The notes beneath the pieces were generated by a model that was not told the origin of the DNA, made no database searches, and saw only the letters and a list, made by a program, of their open reading frames with translations. A DNA stretch of 64,000 nt from Planctomycetales bacterium. GTDB lineage: Bacteria; 4484-113. A program made the position numbers and the translations under genes. This document shows positions 49,046-59,019 of this stretch, in pieces (the stretch's first letter is position 1; every line of letters starts with the position of its first letter). The stretch is taken from NCBI GenBank assembly GCA_037441675.1, contig JBBIRS010000007.1, positions 43,679-107,678 on the forward strand, in the 5' to 3' direction.

Positions 49046-51793
49046 TTAATCCTCACGGATAACGGGGGTGACGAATACCATAATCTCAGTTCGCTCTCTA
49101 TCTTTACTTCTGCTCGTGAAAAGCTTTTCAAAAAGCGGAACTTGCCCTAGAAGTGGCACTTTTCTAAGGGTTTCACGCTCCTTTTCATTTAGCATTCCAG
49201 CAATGACGAATGTTTCTTGGTTCTTCACCCTTATTGTGGTCATCACTTGACGACTCTGAGTCATCGGAGCCTGGGTCCCACTGCCCACATCCACAAACTC
49301 CACCAATGTTGACACCACTGGATTTACATCCATTGTGATATAGCCATCTTTGTCAATCCTTGGTTTGAAGGAAAGCGTGACGCCGACGGGTTGGAAAGCA
49401 ACTCTTGGAGGAGTAAATGTCGTGGGAGTCTCAACCGCAGGTCTGGTTATGTATGGCAAAAGTGTTCCAGCAAAGTAAATTGCTTGAGAGCCATCAACTG
49501 TGGAGATGTTGGGACGGGATAGTATTTGGGCTTCGCCAGATTCTATTACGGTCTTCAGCGTTAACAAAACATCAATGGGGGAACGGAAGAAGTCTTGGAA
49601 CCAAAGTCCAAGAGCAATGTAACCGGGAGTGCCTAGCGGTAACCATCTTGCACCCGGCTCGTTTGGGTCTTGTGGACGGGTGAGACCTTGCTCCTCCAGA
49701 ATGTGCGTTTTTATTTCATCCTCTATTTCAAAACCAAGCCGTTTCAAGCCACTTTCGCTTATTTCCACAACCGTCGTTTCCAAAGTAACGACCTTGGGCT
49801 TCTTATCCAAATCACGAATAATGCGGGAAATCTGCTCAAGCTTCTCCGGGGTTTCCGTTACAATCAAAACATTAGCTCTAGCGGTGGATAGGAAACCTGT
49901 TAATCTTCTAATATCACCCGCGCTTATTCCTCCTTCACCTTCAGTGAGCGCAGTGCTTCTATCATAATACTCGCTGGTTTTCTTCTCTCCATAGTAAACG
50001 GAGATGTTATTTTCGGAAACGATGCCATTTTTAATAAGGATGTTCATCACGTCGGTTGCGTCGGCGTATTCAAGATTGAATGAACGGGTTTCAAATCCTC
50101 CCAAGCGGCGGCCAATATCTTCGCGTTGACCGACAATAATTGTTTTACCAACCAGACGATACATTATGCCCTTCGCTGAGGCTATCGCATTTAGCGCATC
50201 CCTTAATGGAGTATCCCTAAAGGAAACAGTGATAAGCATTGAACCAACGGAGTCATCAACAATTACGTTAAATGGAGTTGCTGAAACTAGAAGCGCAATG
50301 GCTTCCTTAAGTGGAGCTTCTGTGGTCTCGAAAGTAATTCGCTCACTCTCCAGCAGCTCTTCTTCAGGCGATAGTGGTAGCTCTAATGGGGACACGAGTT
50401 TGCCTGGCCTACGCTTTACATCCCACGGTCTCCCATCCACCATCGGGGGTGGTGGCGGTGCGGGAGGTGGATTGGTAAATATATGTGAAAATTCGCCCTC
50501 CGAGGCTTTTACTTCACCGCTCTCCTTACGCCTCACGGATTCTGGGATCCAGCGAGGCCTCGAATCTACCCCACTCTTCTCAGCCTCGATGCCTTCCTCT
50601 GCGAGCGATGATTGAAGCGATTCGCCTGCTTTGGTTTCTTCTGATGATATTTCAGACACAGGTGTATCACCAGCACTTTCAGAAATTACTAGCTCAGCAG
50701 GCATTGGTTCTTCAATCCCCTCCAGGTGAACCTTTTTCAGTGCTTCCTCAACCGGCGTTGGTTCACCTGATGCCGCAGGTTCGGTTGTTGATGCAGGTTT
50801 AGGCGTAGGCGCTGGTTCACTTGATGGCGCAGGTTGAGATTGTGGTGTTGGTTTAGTTGAACCCTTGACTTCCCAAGACCTCCTCTTAGTGCTTTGAGTG
50901 GACTTGCTTGAATCCTCAGCTTTAGCAGATTCCGTTTGCGGTTGCGAATCTATAGCTGAAGATCCTTCCGCTTTAGCATCCGCAATAGCACCTTCCGCAC
51001 CTTCGTCTCGAGCCTTTTTCAAGAAGAAATCTTCATACTTACGGGCAACCCTTTCTGTGGTGATCGCTAAAATTTTGAAGCTCTTCCTTGAAGGTGTTTT
51101 CCCACTTTCGCCTTCGGGCTGTTCAATGGATGAACCTTCCGCAGTTTCACTCTCAGATTTCTCAAGTATCCGAGTAGGAATTAAGAATGAATCAATGCCC
51201 GTAGAGGCAACGGGGGGTAGCTCTGCCTTAACCTCAACCTTTCCTTCTTGGGATGAAACTTTCACTTCCGAAGAAGCTGGAATTGGATTGACCTTGTAGA
51301 CTTTACCCGCTGGACTAATTTCAAGAAAGGAAAGCGGTGGATCCATAAAACCGAGTTGTATTTCAACTAAATCACTCTCCTCAGTTTCGTTTACCGTTGG
51401 AATATTGACAAGGACTGTGTTACCCACTGGAGAAGCGGTTATCTTTAATGGAGTCGCTTTCTTGCCCAAAACTAGCACGAGTCTAGAGCCAGTTTCCGTC
51501 TGTTCCAAATAGAACGAATCCACATAGTCGCGGTACTGCTCCGGAAATCTTTGCACAAGCTCATTGGGCGGCAGGAGAGAGCTGTAGTGGGGAAGAGCAA
51601 AGAAAACCTTCCATTCAGTAAAATCAATCTCAGGTTCAACGGGGATGACTTTATCAAGTCCAAGCTCAATGGTGAGAGAGTTTGGATTGACCTTACTTCC
51701 TAATGAAGTAATTTCCTCCGCATCAGCCACAACAACAAAGCTCAAAACCAACAACAATAAAATAAAACTTGACTTAGTTGAAACTAAGTTCAT
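49046..51793 (-). CDS. pilQ: Type IV pilus secretin PilQ (long Pro/Ser/Glu-rich linker)
   Basis: 915 aa. Signal peptide. C-terminal secretin domain (VIAGMLNEKERETLRKVPLLGQVPLFEKLF). N-terminal beta-domains and a roughly 250-aa low-complexity spacer. Confidence 0.85.
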   Translation of the reverse strand: MNLVSTKSSFILLLLVLSFVVVADAEEITSLGSKVNPNSLTIELGLDKVIPVEPEIDFTEWKVFFALPHYSSLLPPNELVQRFPEQYRDYVDSFYLEQTETGSRLVLVLGKKATPLKITASPVGNTVLVNIPTVNETEESDLVEIQLGFMDPPLSFLEISPAGKVYKVNPIPASSEVKVSSQEGKVEVKAELPPVASTGIDSFLIPTRILEKSESETAEGSSIEQPEGESGKTPSRKSFKILAITTERVARKYEDFFLKKARDEGAEGAIADAKAEGSSAIDSQPQTESAKAEDSSKSTQSTKRRSWEVKGSTKPTPQSQPAPSSEPAPTPKPASTTEPAASGEPTPVEEALKKVHLEGIEEPMPAELVISESAGDTPVSEISSEETKAGESLQSSLAEEGIEAEKSGVDSRPRWIPESVRRKESGEVKASEGEFSHIFTNPPPAPPPPPMVDGRPWDVKRRPGKLVSPLELPLSPEEELLESERITFETTEAPLKEAIALLVSATPFNVIVDDSVGSMLITVSFRDTPLRDALNAIASAKGIMYRLVGKTIIVGQREDIGRRLGGFETRSFNLEYADATDVMNILIKNGIVSENNISVYYGEKKTSEYYDRSTALTEGEGGISAGDIRRLTGFLSTARANVLIVTETPEKLEQISRIIRDLDKKPKVVTLETTVVEISESGLKRLGFEIEDEIKTHILEEQGLTRPQDPNEPGARWLPLGTPGYIALGLWFQDFFRSPIDVLLTLKTVIESGEAQILSRPNISTVDGSQAIYFAGTLLPYITRPAVETPTTFTPPRVAFQPVGVTLSFKPRIDKDGYITMDVNPVVSTLVEFVDVGSGTQAPMTQSRQVMTTIRVKNQETFVIAGMLNEKERETLRKVPLLGQVPLFEKLFTSRSKDRERTEIMVFVTPVIRED

Positions 51794-52665
51794 ACTGAAC
51801 CCCCTGTTGACAGGTAAGTAATCTTATTAGTTCTAGTGTCTAAAAGCTCTGCAGTGCCATTCTTAACTCCTAAGAAAATATAATCCTGGCCAACGAACCA
51901 ACCTGGACGAGCCAAGAATTTTTCAGAAAGCGCGCCCTCTTGGTCAGTTGTGGCGAACAACGCGGTGGTGCTCTGGCTACCACTAGAGATACCTAATAGC
52001 ACTATCTTTACGGTTGGCGCGATAGGCTCTTCGGGCAGTGGCAATAAGGGGATTTCACCGCCTTCAGATGGAACAAGCGATGGCATCGGCGAAACCGTAG
52101 CACCAGTTTGACCCGTGGGCGATACCTCCGTTGGCTCAGTTAGAAGCTTACCAAATGGAGGCTTGCCACTGGCGGTGGCGGGAGGTATAAAGGGATCTCT
52201 CTGGACTATAACGTTATTTTTTTCAAAAAACCTGGATTGCCAGAAACGCTCCTCTATATCACTTGCTACTAGAGAAGACTTTGGCCTCCTCACTTTTCCC
52301 AACTCCTTAGCCTCTTCTTTAACCACTGGAACTTCTTTAACTTCTTCCTTAGCCTCAATCTCCTTGGCTTCCTTTATCTCCCCTTCTTTAGCTTCTCTAG
52401 ATTTTGGTTGCCCAGCAACCTCTTCGGCTGGCTTTTCCTCAGGTTTCTCCGCCGGCTTCTCCGCCTCAACTGCCTTTTCTGCTTCTTCTGCCTTTTCTTT
52501 CTCTTCTTCTGCTGATGTTTTCTTTAGCTCTTTACTAACTTTAGGTCGTGCTATTCTTCCACCCTCTAGAGTAGGCTTTGTTAGGCGCATAAATTGAAAA
52601 ACGATAACGCCAGCAAGCACGATAAATAAAATGATCGCAGTTACTGTTTTAATTTTATTGCTCAC
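51790..52665 (-). CDS. PilP-like pilus assembly lipoprotein with K/E-rich linker
   Basis: 291 aa. N-terminal transmembrane anchor. Long AEKPEEK linker. C-terminal beta-domain typical of PilP. Overlaps pilQ by 4 nt. Confidence 0.45.
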   Translation of the reverse strand: MSNKIKTVTAIILFIVLAGVIVFQFMRLTKPTLEGGRIARPKVSKELKKTSAEEEKEKAEEAEKAVEAEKPAEKPEEKPAEEVAGQPKSREAKEGEIKEAKEIEAKEEVKEVPVVKEEAKELGKVRRPKSSLVASDIEERFWQSRFFEKNNVIVQRDPFIPPATASGKPPFGKLLTEPTEVSPTGQTGATVSPMPSLVPSEGGEIPLLPLPEEPIAPTVKIVLLGISSGSQSTTALFATTDQEGALSEKFLARPGWFVGQDYIFLGVKNGTAELLDTRTNKITYLSTGGSV

Positions 52666-53413
52666 CTTGCATCAACACCTTCTTTTCTGTTAATGTGGAG
52701 CCTGCCTCTTCCGATGCAAAACCATTCTCAAATCTTAAGGCAACAACCTGCTCAAGATTCTTTACAACTTCGCTGAACCGCTCTGCAAGGGAGGTTTCTG
52801 AGACAAAATACATCATATCGCCTTTGAGTTCCCATTCAAAAGCACCAGGGGTAGGTTCACCAGCTGCTGCTGTGCTTGGACCATTGATGCTAAAGATTCT
52901 TATGAACCTGCCATTTGTCTTTAGTGATTCTAAAAACCTTAGTAGAGATTGGAAGTTTCCTGTTAACTTAATATCAATATTGATGGATTTGAAATTGAAA
53001 AGAGCAGTTTCATCCAAATCTTTAATTAACTCGCTCTTTCCAACCTTGCCCTCTTCCAGAACTATTTCGGCAGGATTTGATAACTTTACCTCCACAACGA
53101 CCATTCCACTTTCCTTGCCAAGCTCCGTTAGAAAGTCTAAGAGTTCCCTGTCGCCTGGATTTGAGGGAAACATCTTGCTGAGTAAAATACTATCCTCTAT
53201 TAGAAATGGAATGAATTTTGCAACCGCTGTAAGCTGATTTCTTTTATCCAACATCACTTTTTCTCTATCCTCAAGAACTGCAACTTTACTTCTCAGTGCG
53301 GAGAGGGACTTAGAGCTCAGGTAAAAACCAACACCTAGAAATAAACCCGTAACTAGGACTACGATAATGGTGTGCAAGAGGGCAATCTTAAGTGAACGAC
53401 CGCCTGCCATCAT
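52655..53413 (-). CDS. pilO: Type IV pilus assembly protein PilO
   Basis: 252 aa. Bitopic with an N-terminal transmembrane helix and coiled coil, then a ferredoxin-like periplasmic domain. Position between pilN and pilP. Confidence 0.6.
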   Translation of the reverse strand: MMAGGRSLKIALLHTIIVVLVTGLFLGVGFYLSSKSLSALRSKVAVLEDREKVMLDKRNQLTAVAKFIPFLIEDSILLSKMFPSNPGDRELLDFLTELGKESGMVVVEVKLSNPAEIVLEEGKVGKSELIKDLDETALFNFKSINIDIKLTGNFQSLLRFLESLKTNGRFIRIFSINGPSTAAAGEPTPGAFEWELKGDMMYFVSETSLAERFSEVVKNLEQVVALRFENGFASEEAGSTLTEKKVLMQGEQ

Positions 53414-54207
53414 TCACCACCTCCGCTCTCTGCCAATTCCGAGCTCCTCTCTTTGCTTTTCCTGCCTTTCTTGCCCTCCTCACCTTCCTTTTCATGATTC
53501 TCAACCTTCCCCTCTTCAGAACCACCCAAAACTGTACTTATTTTGAAAACGTAAGCCCGAACACCCGGAAAAACTTCCTCTAAGGCTGTGGAAATTAGAG
53601 TTGAATTAGCAAAGTATGGATCCGATTTAAGCCTATCAAGAAAAACAGATATAGGATTTAAGGTTTGCCCTACGGTGCTACCCTCAATCGTGAAGTTAGC
53701 TTTGTGAACAGCATAGATTTTCTCCTTCTTTTTCTTCAGCTTTGAAGCACCTTTCGCAGTGGCGGGAGTAGCGGTGGGAGCTTCTGCTGGTTCAGCTTTC
53801 TCTTTCTCCAAAACTATTATTGATTCAGTTTTAATCACCTGTCCACTTACCGAGGTCAACCAAACGCTTTCCGGAACTAGCCTATGTAAATTTGTAAGGA
53901 ATAAGGGCCAGTCAATGTATTGGGCTTCTAGGGCGTTGAAAATCTTCTTAATCTCGTCCATTTCGGAAGCGGATGACTTAACTTCATCGTAAGCTTTTTC
54001 AAAAGGAGCAAGAGCCTTAATGCTTTTATCAAGGCTCTCAATGTCCGCTTTCAGAGAACCAACCTTTGCAAAGTGGGAAGCTACCGCCCAAATTAATATA
54101 AACACCGCTAAAGAATAAACTAACGCCAAATACGGCGGTAGCCATCTCACAGCCGGTGCTGGCCTAAATTCTGGCGGTAGTAGATTTATGTCAAAGGTTT
54201 TTTTCAT
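53410..54207 (-). CDS. pilN: Type IV pilus assembly protein PilN
   Basis: 265 aa. N-terminal INLLP motif, a transmembrane helix and a periplasmic domain. Acidic/K-rich C-terminal tail. Confidence 0.7.
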   Translation of the reverse strand: MKKTFDINLLPPEFRPAPAVRWLPPYLALVYSLAVFILIWAVASHFAKVGSLKADIESLDKSIKALAPFEKAYDEVKSSASEMDEIKKIFNALEAQYIDWPLFLTNLHRLVPESVWLTSVSGQVIKTESIIVLEKEKAEPAEAPTATPATAKGASKLKKKKEKIYAVHKANFTIEGSTVGQTLNPISVFLDRLKSDPYFANSTLISTALEEVFPGVRAYVFKISTVLGGSEEGKVENHEKEGEEGKKGRKSKERSSELAESGGGE

Positions 54208-54249
54208 TATTCACTTATAAACTATTTATAAACTGATTATAAACATATA

Positions 54250-55302
54250 TTATCTCAACGCCTCTAGGGCAACTCCAAGTGCTACGGAGAACCGCGCAAG
54301 GTCTAATTCTTCTTCGGCTGAGGGTTGATAACTTAGATTAGTCCTCGCCCAATCTACCGTGTTAGCGAGAATGACTGGTTTGGTCAATTCTTTCTGCAAA
54401 AGAGCGTCCAAATTCATTGGCCAAATTCCATTCCCACAAAAGATAATCCTATCAAACGTATAATCAAGTGATTGCCTTTGACTCTTGAAGAAGGAAAGCG
54501 TGCGCTCAATCTCGGCATAAACCATATCCACCAATGGTTTTGCAGTTGAAAAATGAGTTTCAGGGACAACGTAATCGTCCCGTCTGAATCCACCAATATC
54601 CTCAACATCAGCTGGAGACTTTGACTCAATAATACCCCGGTAGGCGTATTTGAGCTCATTAAGCCCAAGAGATATCCTCCGTATAAGGGCAAGTTCTCCA
54701 TTTTGAAAGATTAGTACGTCACCACCAATTACCTCAAGATGGACGCAGACTAGATTGCCCTCCAGGTATTCAGGCTTAGTTAGCTGAATGCTTGTGATTG
54801 AACTTAGAACAGGCAAGCTAGCCCTTACCGGAGGTAGCTTGCTTGTTTCTAAGGAATCAATAAATGGATAGAGCGAGCTTTTTGGAACAATCGCAACAAG
54901 AACGCTTTGTCTTCCACCTTCTTCCTGCATCTCCTCGCTTAGCACTGTGAAATCTAGCGAGTAGTTGTCAATGTTTTCTTCCATAACCTGAGAGAACTCC
55001 AGCCGAATCGTATAAGCAAGCTCTTGCTCCTCCATCTTCGGCACGGATAATACCCGGAGAATACTTTTACGTTCCTGAAAACAAAACGCGCTTTTGTATC
55101 CCTTGAGGCCGCTTTCCTTTACCCAATCTTTAATTGCAAGGGAAACCTCATCAGGGAAGAACTGTTCGGGCGCCTCGTCGTGAACGGGAATGCTTATTTC
55201 TCCGAGCTTATGAATGTTGAACTTTGATTGGGAGCCGCTAACAGCTACAGCCCGAACACGCCCTGGTAAGAAATCAAAACCTACTATTTTTGATACAGGC
55301 AT
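54250..55302 (-). CDS. pilM: Type IV pilus assembly protein PilM (actin-like ATPase fold)
   Basis: 350 aa. N-terminal IVGFDFLPGRVRAVAV and an FtsA/actin-like fold. Confidence 0.8.
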   Translation of the reverse strand: MPVSKIVGFDFLPGRVRAVAVSGSQSKFNIHKLGEISIPVHDEAPEQFFPDEVSLAIKDWVKESGLKGYKSAFCFQERKSILRVLSVPKMEEQELAYTIRLEFSQVMEENIDNYSLDFTVLSEEMQEEGGRQSVLVAIVPKSSLYPFIDSLETSKLPPVRASLPVLSSITSIQLTKPEYLEGNLVCVHLEVIGGDVLIFQNGELALIRRISLGLNELKYAYRGIIESKSPADVEDIGGFRRDDYVVPETHFSTAKPLVDMVYAEIERTLSFFKSQRQSLDYTFDRIIFCGNGIWPMNLDALLQKELTKPVILANTVDWARTNLSYQPSAEEELDLARFSVALGVALEALR

Positions 55303-55404
55303 AAGTTAAATGAGCCTTAAAAGAAGTTGGGTCAGAGAAGGCCGCTTGCCCTTCCTCCTCTGACCCAACCAGGTTTCATAAATCAAATTGAACTGCTGTT
55401 AAAC

Positions 55405-55812
55405 TTATTGAACCCGGCCGGTTTGATCGACCGAAAATGTAGACCCATCGGGCAATGTTGCTGTTACTTCAAATACATCAGCATCAGGCGAGACAGTAAA
55501 CTCATATTGAATATTAGTGTCAGGATCCGTTACGGGACCTTCGCCACCACCCTGAAATCTCTCGTCTAGAAGGTTTGCCCCAGCAGGGTCTGCAAGGGCT
55601 GTGAAATCACCGTAGGTACCAAATCTCGCGACGTAAGCAGCCTCGGCCGAGGAAATCGCACGTAAAGTGCCCTTAGCATTCCCCTCCAAACCACTCCTAC
55701 GAACACCGACTAGTGTGGGGACCGCTATCGCCACGATTATCCCGATAATCGCGATGACGATCAACAACTCAATAAGGGTAAAACCTTTTCTGCTTGTTAA
55801 TTTACGCAACAC
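55405..55812 (-). CDS. Type IVa major pilin (prepilin with N-methylation site)
   Basis: 135 aa. A class III signal KGFTLIELLIVIAIIGIIVAIAVP is followed by a small globular domain. Confidence 0.8.
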   Translation of the reverse strand: MLRKLTSRKGFTLIELLIVIAIIGIIVAIAVPTLVGVRRSGLEGNAKGTLRAISSAEAAYVARFGTYGDFTALADPAGANLLDERFQGGGEGPVTDPDTNIQYEFTVSPDADVFEVTATLPDGSTFSVDQTGRVQ

Positions 55813-55953
55813 TTATTTTCACCTCCTTTTACAAAGATGAGCATCAAAAACGAAATTACACTTCCTTCGTACCATTTTTCTTCAGCAAGATTTTATAATA
55901 TTACCCTAAATTTGGAAAATATGCAAGTGCAAATCAAATTGTCAAGTCTCGGG

Positions 55954-56406
55954 TTAATCCTCAACCTTTACTATTCTACCATCAACGGTTAACTTCACCA
56001 CGTCGCCATAAACTGTAATCGCAGTAATTTCGTAATTCTCCCCTGTGGGGCTAGCTGAGAATAAATACGTGATTTTATTTACCTCAATAGGTCCCACGCT
56101 ACCCCCCCCACTGAACCTATCATCAATTAAGCCAGCCTCATCAGCCAAATCAGTGAAATCGCCATACCTATTATTTTTCGAATAATAGACCGCTTCAACA
56201 ATTCTAAAAGTTGATAAAGTCCCCGTACCCTCCCTAAGCCTAGAAACCTTAGCAGAACCAAGGTAGGATGGTATTGCAATAGTTACTAGAATCATCATTA
56301 AAGCGATGACAATCAGAATTTCTACAAGCGTGAAACCCTCCAGAGATAGCAGCGGTGAATAGTGTGTGCGTTTAACTAAGCGTTTAACTATAGTCTCTCG
56401 GGACAT
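55954..56406 (-). CDS. Second prepilin-type pilin
   Basis: 150 aa. LEGFTLVEILIVIALMMIL N-terminal cleavage/methylation motif. Confidence 0.7.
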   Translation of the reverse strand: MSRETIVKRLVKRTHYSPLLSLEGFTLVEILIVIALMMILVTIAIPSYLGSAKVSRLREGTGTLSTFRIVEAVYYSKNNRYGDFTDLADEAGLIDDRFSGGGSVGPIEVNKITYLFSASPTGENYEITAITVYGDVVKLTVDGRIVKVED

Positions 56407-56413
56407 TATCTTT

Positions 56414-57628
56414 TTAGCGCATTTGCTGAATGGTTTTAATCAAGGCAAAGAGCGGTAAGAACAGAGAAATTACAATGAAACCTACCACGCCACCCATTAT
56501 AGAAATCATAATTGGCTCAAGGAGGCTAGTTAGAGCTTTAACCGTGGCGTCAACTTCTGCCTCATAAAAGTCTGCAATCTTACTAAGCATTCCGTCCAGG
56601 TCTCCGGATTCTTCGCCTACCGCAACCATAGCTGTAACCATCGGTGGAAACACGCCAACCGCCTCCATTGGTGTGCAGATACTTTCACCCAGTTTAACCG
56701 ATGACCTAACTTTCTTAATGGCGTTTTCATAAACAACATTTCCCGCAGATTCATAAACGATATCCATCGCACGAAGAATGGGAATACCATTCGCCAACAT
56801 TGTTGCGAGATTTCTGGAAAAGCGAGCTACGACTATCTTGCGAGTGAGGGAGCCGAAGACAGGTAATTGAAGCTTAACGCGGTCTAAAAACTCCCTGCCA
56901 CCGGGAGTTCTACCCACGAATCTAAGAGTGATTGGTAAGGCAAAATAAATTGAAAGAACAATGTACCAGTAAGTCTTCACAAAAACCGCAACGCTGATAA
57001 GTATCCTGGTCATTAGGGGAAGTTGAGCTCCAAGTGAAGCGAACATTTTCTCAAATTGCGGAATAACAAAGACCATTACGATTGTAAGGACTATGACAGC
57101 GGCGATGGCGATAACCTGAGGGTACTTCAATCCAGCGGAAATTTGATTGCGCAGATTCACCTCCTTCTCCAGGGCAACAGATAATCGTTCTAAGACCAAG
57201 TCTAGCGCGCCGGATTCCTCGCTAGCTCTAATAAGTGTAATGTAAAGCCGAGGGAAGAGGTGTGGGAATTTCGCCAAGGCGTTTGACAAAGACTGACCCT
57301 CCGCAACATCATCCTTAATTGCTGCTAGCGCCTGCTTAAGAACCGTAACTTCCGTTTGCTTTTCAAGGATCTTGAGGCAGCGCAATACATCAATTCCAGA
57401 AGCTACCATCGCTGAAAACTGTTTAGAGAAAATAGCTAATTCCTTTAGCTTCAAGCCACGTCGGAAAAATGAGAATATACCCAAGCCACCTTTTTTCTCG
57501 GTAAGAGACGCAATAACATATCCGCTATCCAAAAGTTTTTGCGAAGCGGACGCCCTATCCGCAGCATCAACGGTGCCTCGGATAATCCTTCCACTTCTGT
57601 CCCTTACTGAATAAACAAACTGTCCCAT
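56414..57628 (-). CDS. pilC: Type IV pilus inner-membrane platform protein PilC (GspF family)
   Basis: 404 aa. Two T2SSF repeats and three transmembrane segments. Confidence 0.85.
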   Translation of the reverse strand: MGQFVYSVRDRSGRIIRGTVDAADRASASQKLLDSGYVIASLTEKKGGLGIFSFFRRGLKLKELAIFSKQFSAMVASGIDVLRCLKILEKQTEVTVLKQALAAIKDDVAEGQSLSNALAKFPHLFPRLYITLIRASEESGALDLVLERLSVALEKEVNLRNQISAGLKYPQVIAIAAVIVLTIVMVFVIPQFEKMFASLGAQLPLMTRILISVAVFVKTYWYIVLSIYFALPITLRFVGRTPGGREFLDRVKLQLPVFGSLTRKIVVARFSRNLATMLANGIPILRAMDIVYESAGNVVYENAIKKVRSSVKLGESICTPMEAVGVFPPMVTAMVAVGEESGDLDGMLSKIADFYEAEVDATVKALTSLLEPIMISIMGGVVGFIVISLFLPLFALIKTIQQMR

Positions 57629-57643
57629 GGCAAACTTGCCTCC

Positions 57644-58729
57644 TTATGTTTTTACTTCTTTCAAAACCCTGCTTTCAGCCTTGAAAGTTTCAGGGTGGTG
57701 GCAGTGCGCGTAAGCTTCCTCAAAGGTTATCAATCCCCTTTGCACCAGCCTTAACAGGTGCTTATCCATTGTTTGCATTCCATGCTTATGAGATGTTTCA
57801 AGGACTGTGGCCAAGAGATGCGTCTTGCCTTCACGAATTATCGCCTTGACCGCATCCGTTCCTACCATTAGCTCATAGGCTAGAATTCTGCCTCCACCTT
57901 TTCTTCGGCAAAGCGTTTGTGAAATAACAGCCTCAATTACACCTCCAAGCTGAATCTTTACTTGTTCCTGCTGGTTTGGCGGAAAAACATCAATAATTCT
58001 GTCTATAGCTTGCGTTGAATTATTTGTATGAAGAGTGGTTAGCACCAGATGACCAGTTTCCGCAGCGGTAAGCGCTATAGAAATTGTCTCAAGGTCCCGC
58101 ATCTCACCTATCATTATTACATCTGGGTCCTGCCTAAGAACATGCCTTAATGCTGAGGCAAAGCTCATCGTGTCTTTGCCAACCTCTCTTTGATTGATGA
58201 GAGCCTTTTCTCGCCTGAAAACGTATTCAACCGGGTCCTCTATCGTCATTATATGACAACGCTTGTGTTGGTTGATATAGTCAATCATTGAGGCAAGCGT
58301 TGTGGTTTTGCCGGAACCTGTAGGACCTGTGACAAGAATCAGCCCTCTAGGCTTAAGAACCAGATCCTTTAATATAGGATGCAAGCCAATATCATCCATT
58401 GACCTTATTTCTTCTGGGATACTGCGGAAGACCGCTCCGATGGAACCCATTTGTTGATAAATATTCAACCTAAATCTTCCCACCCTAGGAAAACTCAAGG
58501 CACAATCCAGCTCCTTTGTCTCTTCAAAGGATTTTATCTGATGCTCCATAAGTGCGGAGTATATAAGGTCTTTGGCGGATTTACTATCAAGAGGCGGATA
58601 AAAAGTGGGATATAGGTCTCCATCTATTCTAAAGATAGGCGAAGCATTGCTGGAAATATGAAGGTCGGAGGCATTCCTCTGAACCGCCTCCTGAAGAAGC
58701 TCCCTGATTGTTCTCACGTATGGTTCCAT
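57644..58729 (-). CDS. pilT: Twitching-motility retraction ATPase (PilT family)
   Basis: 361 aa. Walker A GPTGSGKTTT. PilT-specific AIRE(G)K-like AVKAIIREGK and GMQTMD motifs. Confidence 0.9.
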   Translation of the reverse strand: MEPYVRTIRELLQEAVQRNASDLHISSNASPIFRIDGDLYPTFYPPLDSKSAKDLIYSALMEHQIKSFEETKELDCALSFPRVGRFRLNIYQQMGSIGAVFRSIPEEIRSMDDIGLHPILKDLVLKPRGLILVTGPTGSGKTTTLASMIDYINQHKRCHIMTIEDPVEYVFRREKALINQREVGKDTMSFASALRHVLRQDPDVIMIGEMRDLETISIALTAAETGHLVLTTLHTNNSTQAIDRIIDVFPPNQQEQVKIQLGGVIEAVISQTLCRRKGGGRILAYELMVGTDAVKAIIREGKTHLLATVLETSHKHGMQTMDKHLLRLVQRGLITFEEAYAHCHHPETFKAESRVLKEVKT

Positions 58730-59019
58730 TCTTTCAATGCTTCACAAGGCTATTTATTGATAGGATTATTTTACAAGAAAATTATGGCGGGTTTGGCAAT
58801 TAAATAAATAACTTGTTCCTGAGTTAAGTGTCGATGTTCACTCGTGCCTAGGTTTACTTAGTTGATTTAGAATTGCTTGGCTTTTCAAGAAACGCACCTT
58901 CGTTTTAACTAAACAAGCATTCTTGCTCTAAGTTTTCACATAATCAGAGAGAAAAGTTTTTCACCTCTCATTTCTAAATAAAAGCTCAACTTCAAATAAG
59001 GGCTAGGGATGGGAGAAAT

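Noticed and set aside
55917-55953. Possible sigma54 (-24/-12) promoter for the pilin gene (TTGCACTTGCAT)
   Set aside because: The spacing between the GG-like and GC elements is about 6 nt, not 10-11, and no TGGCAC is present. A weak sigma70-like TTGACA-N17/18-TATTTT reading is more consistent.
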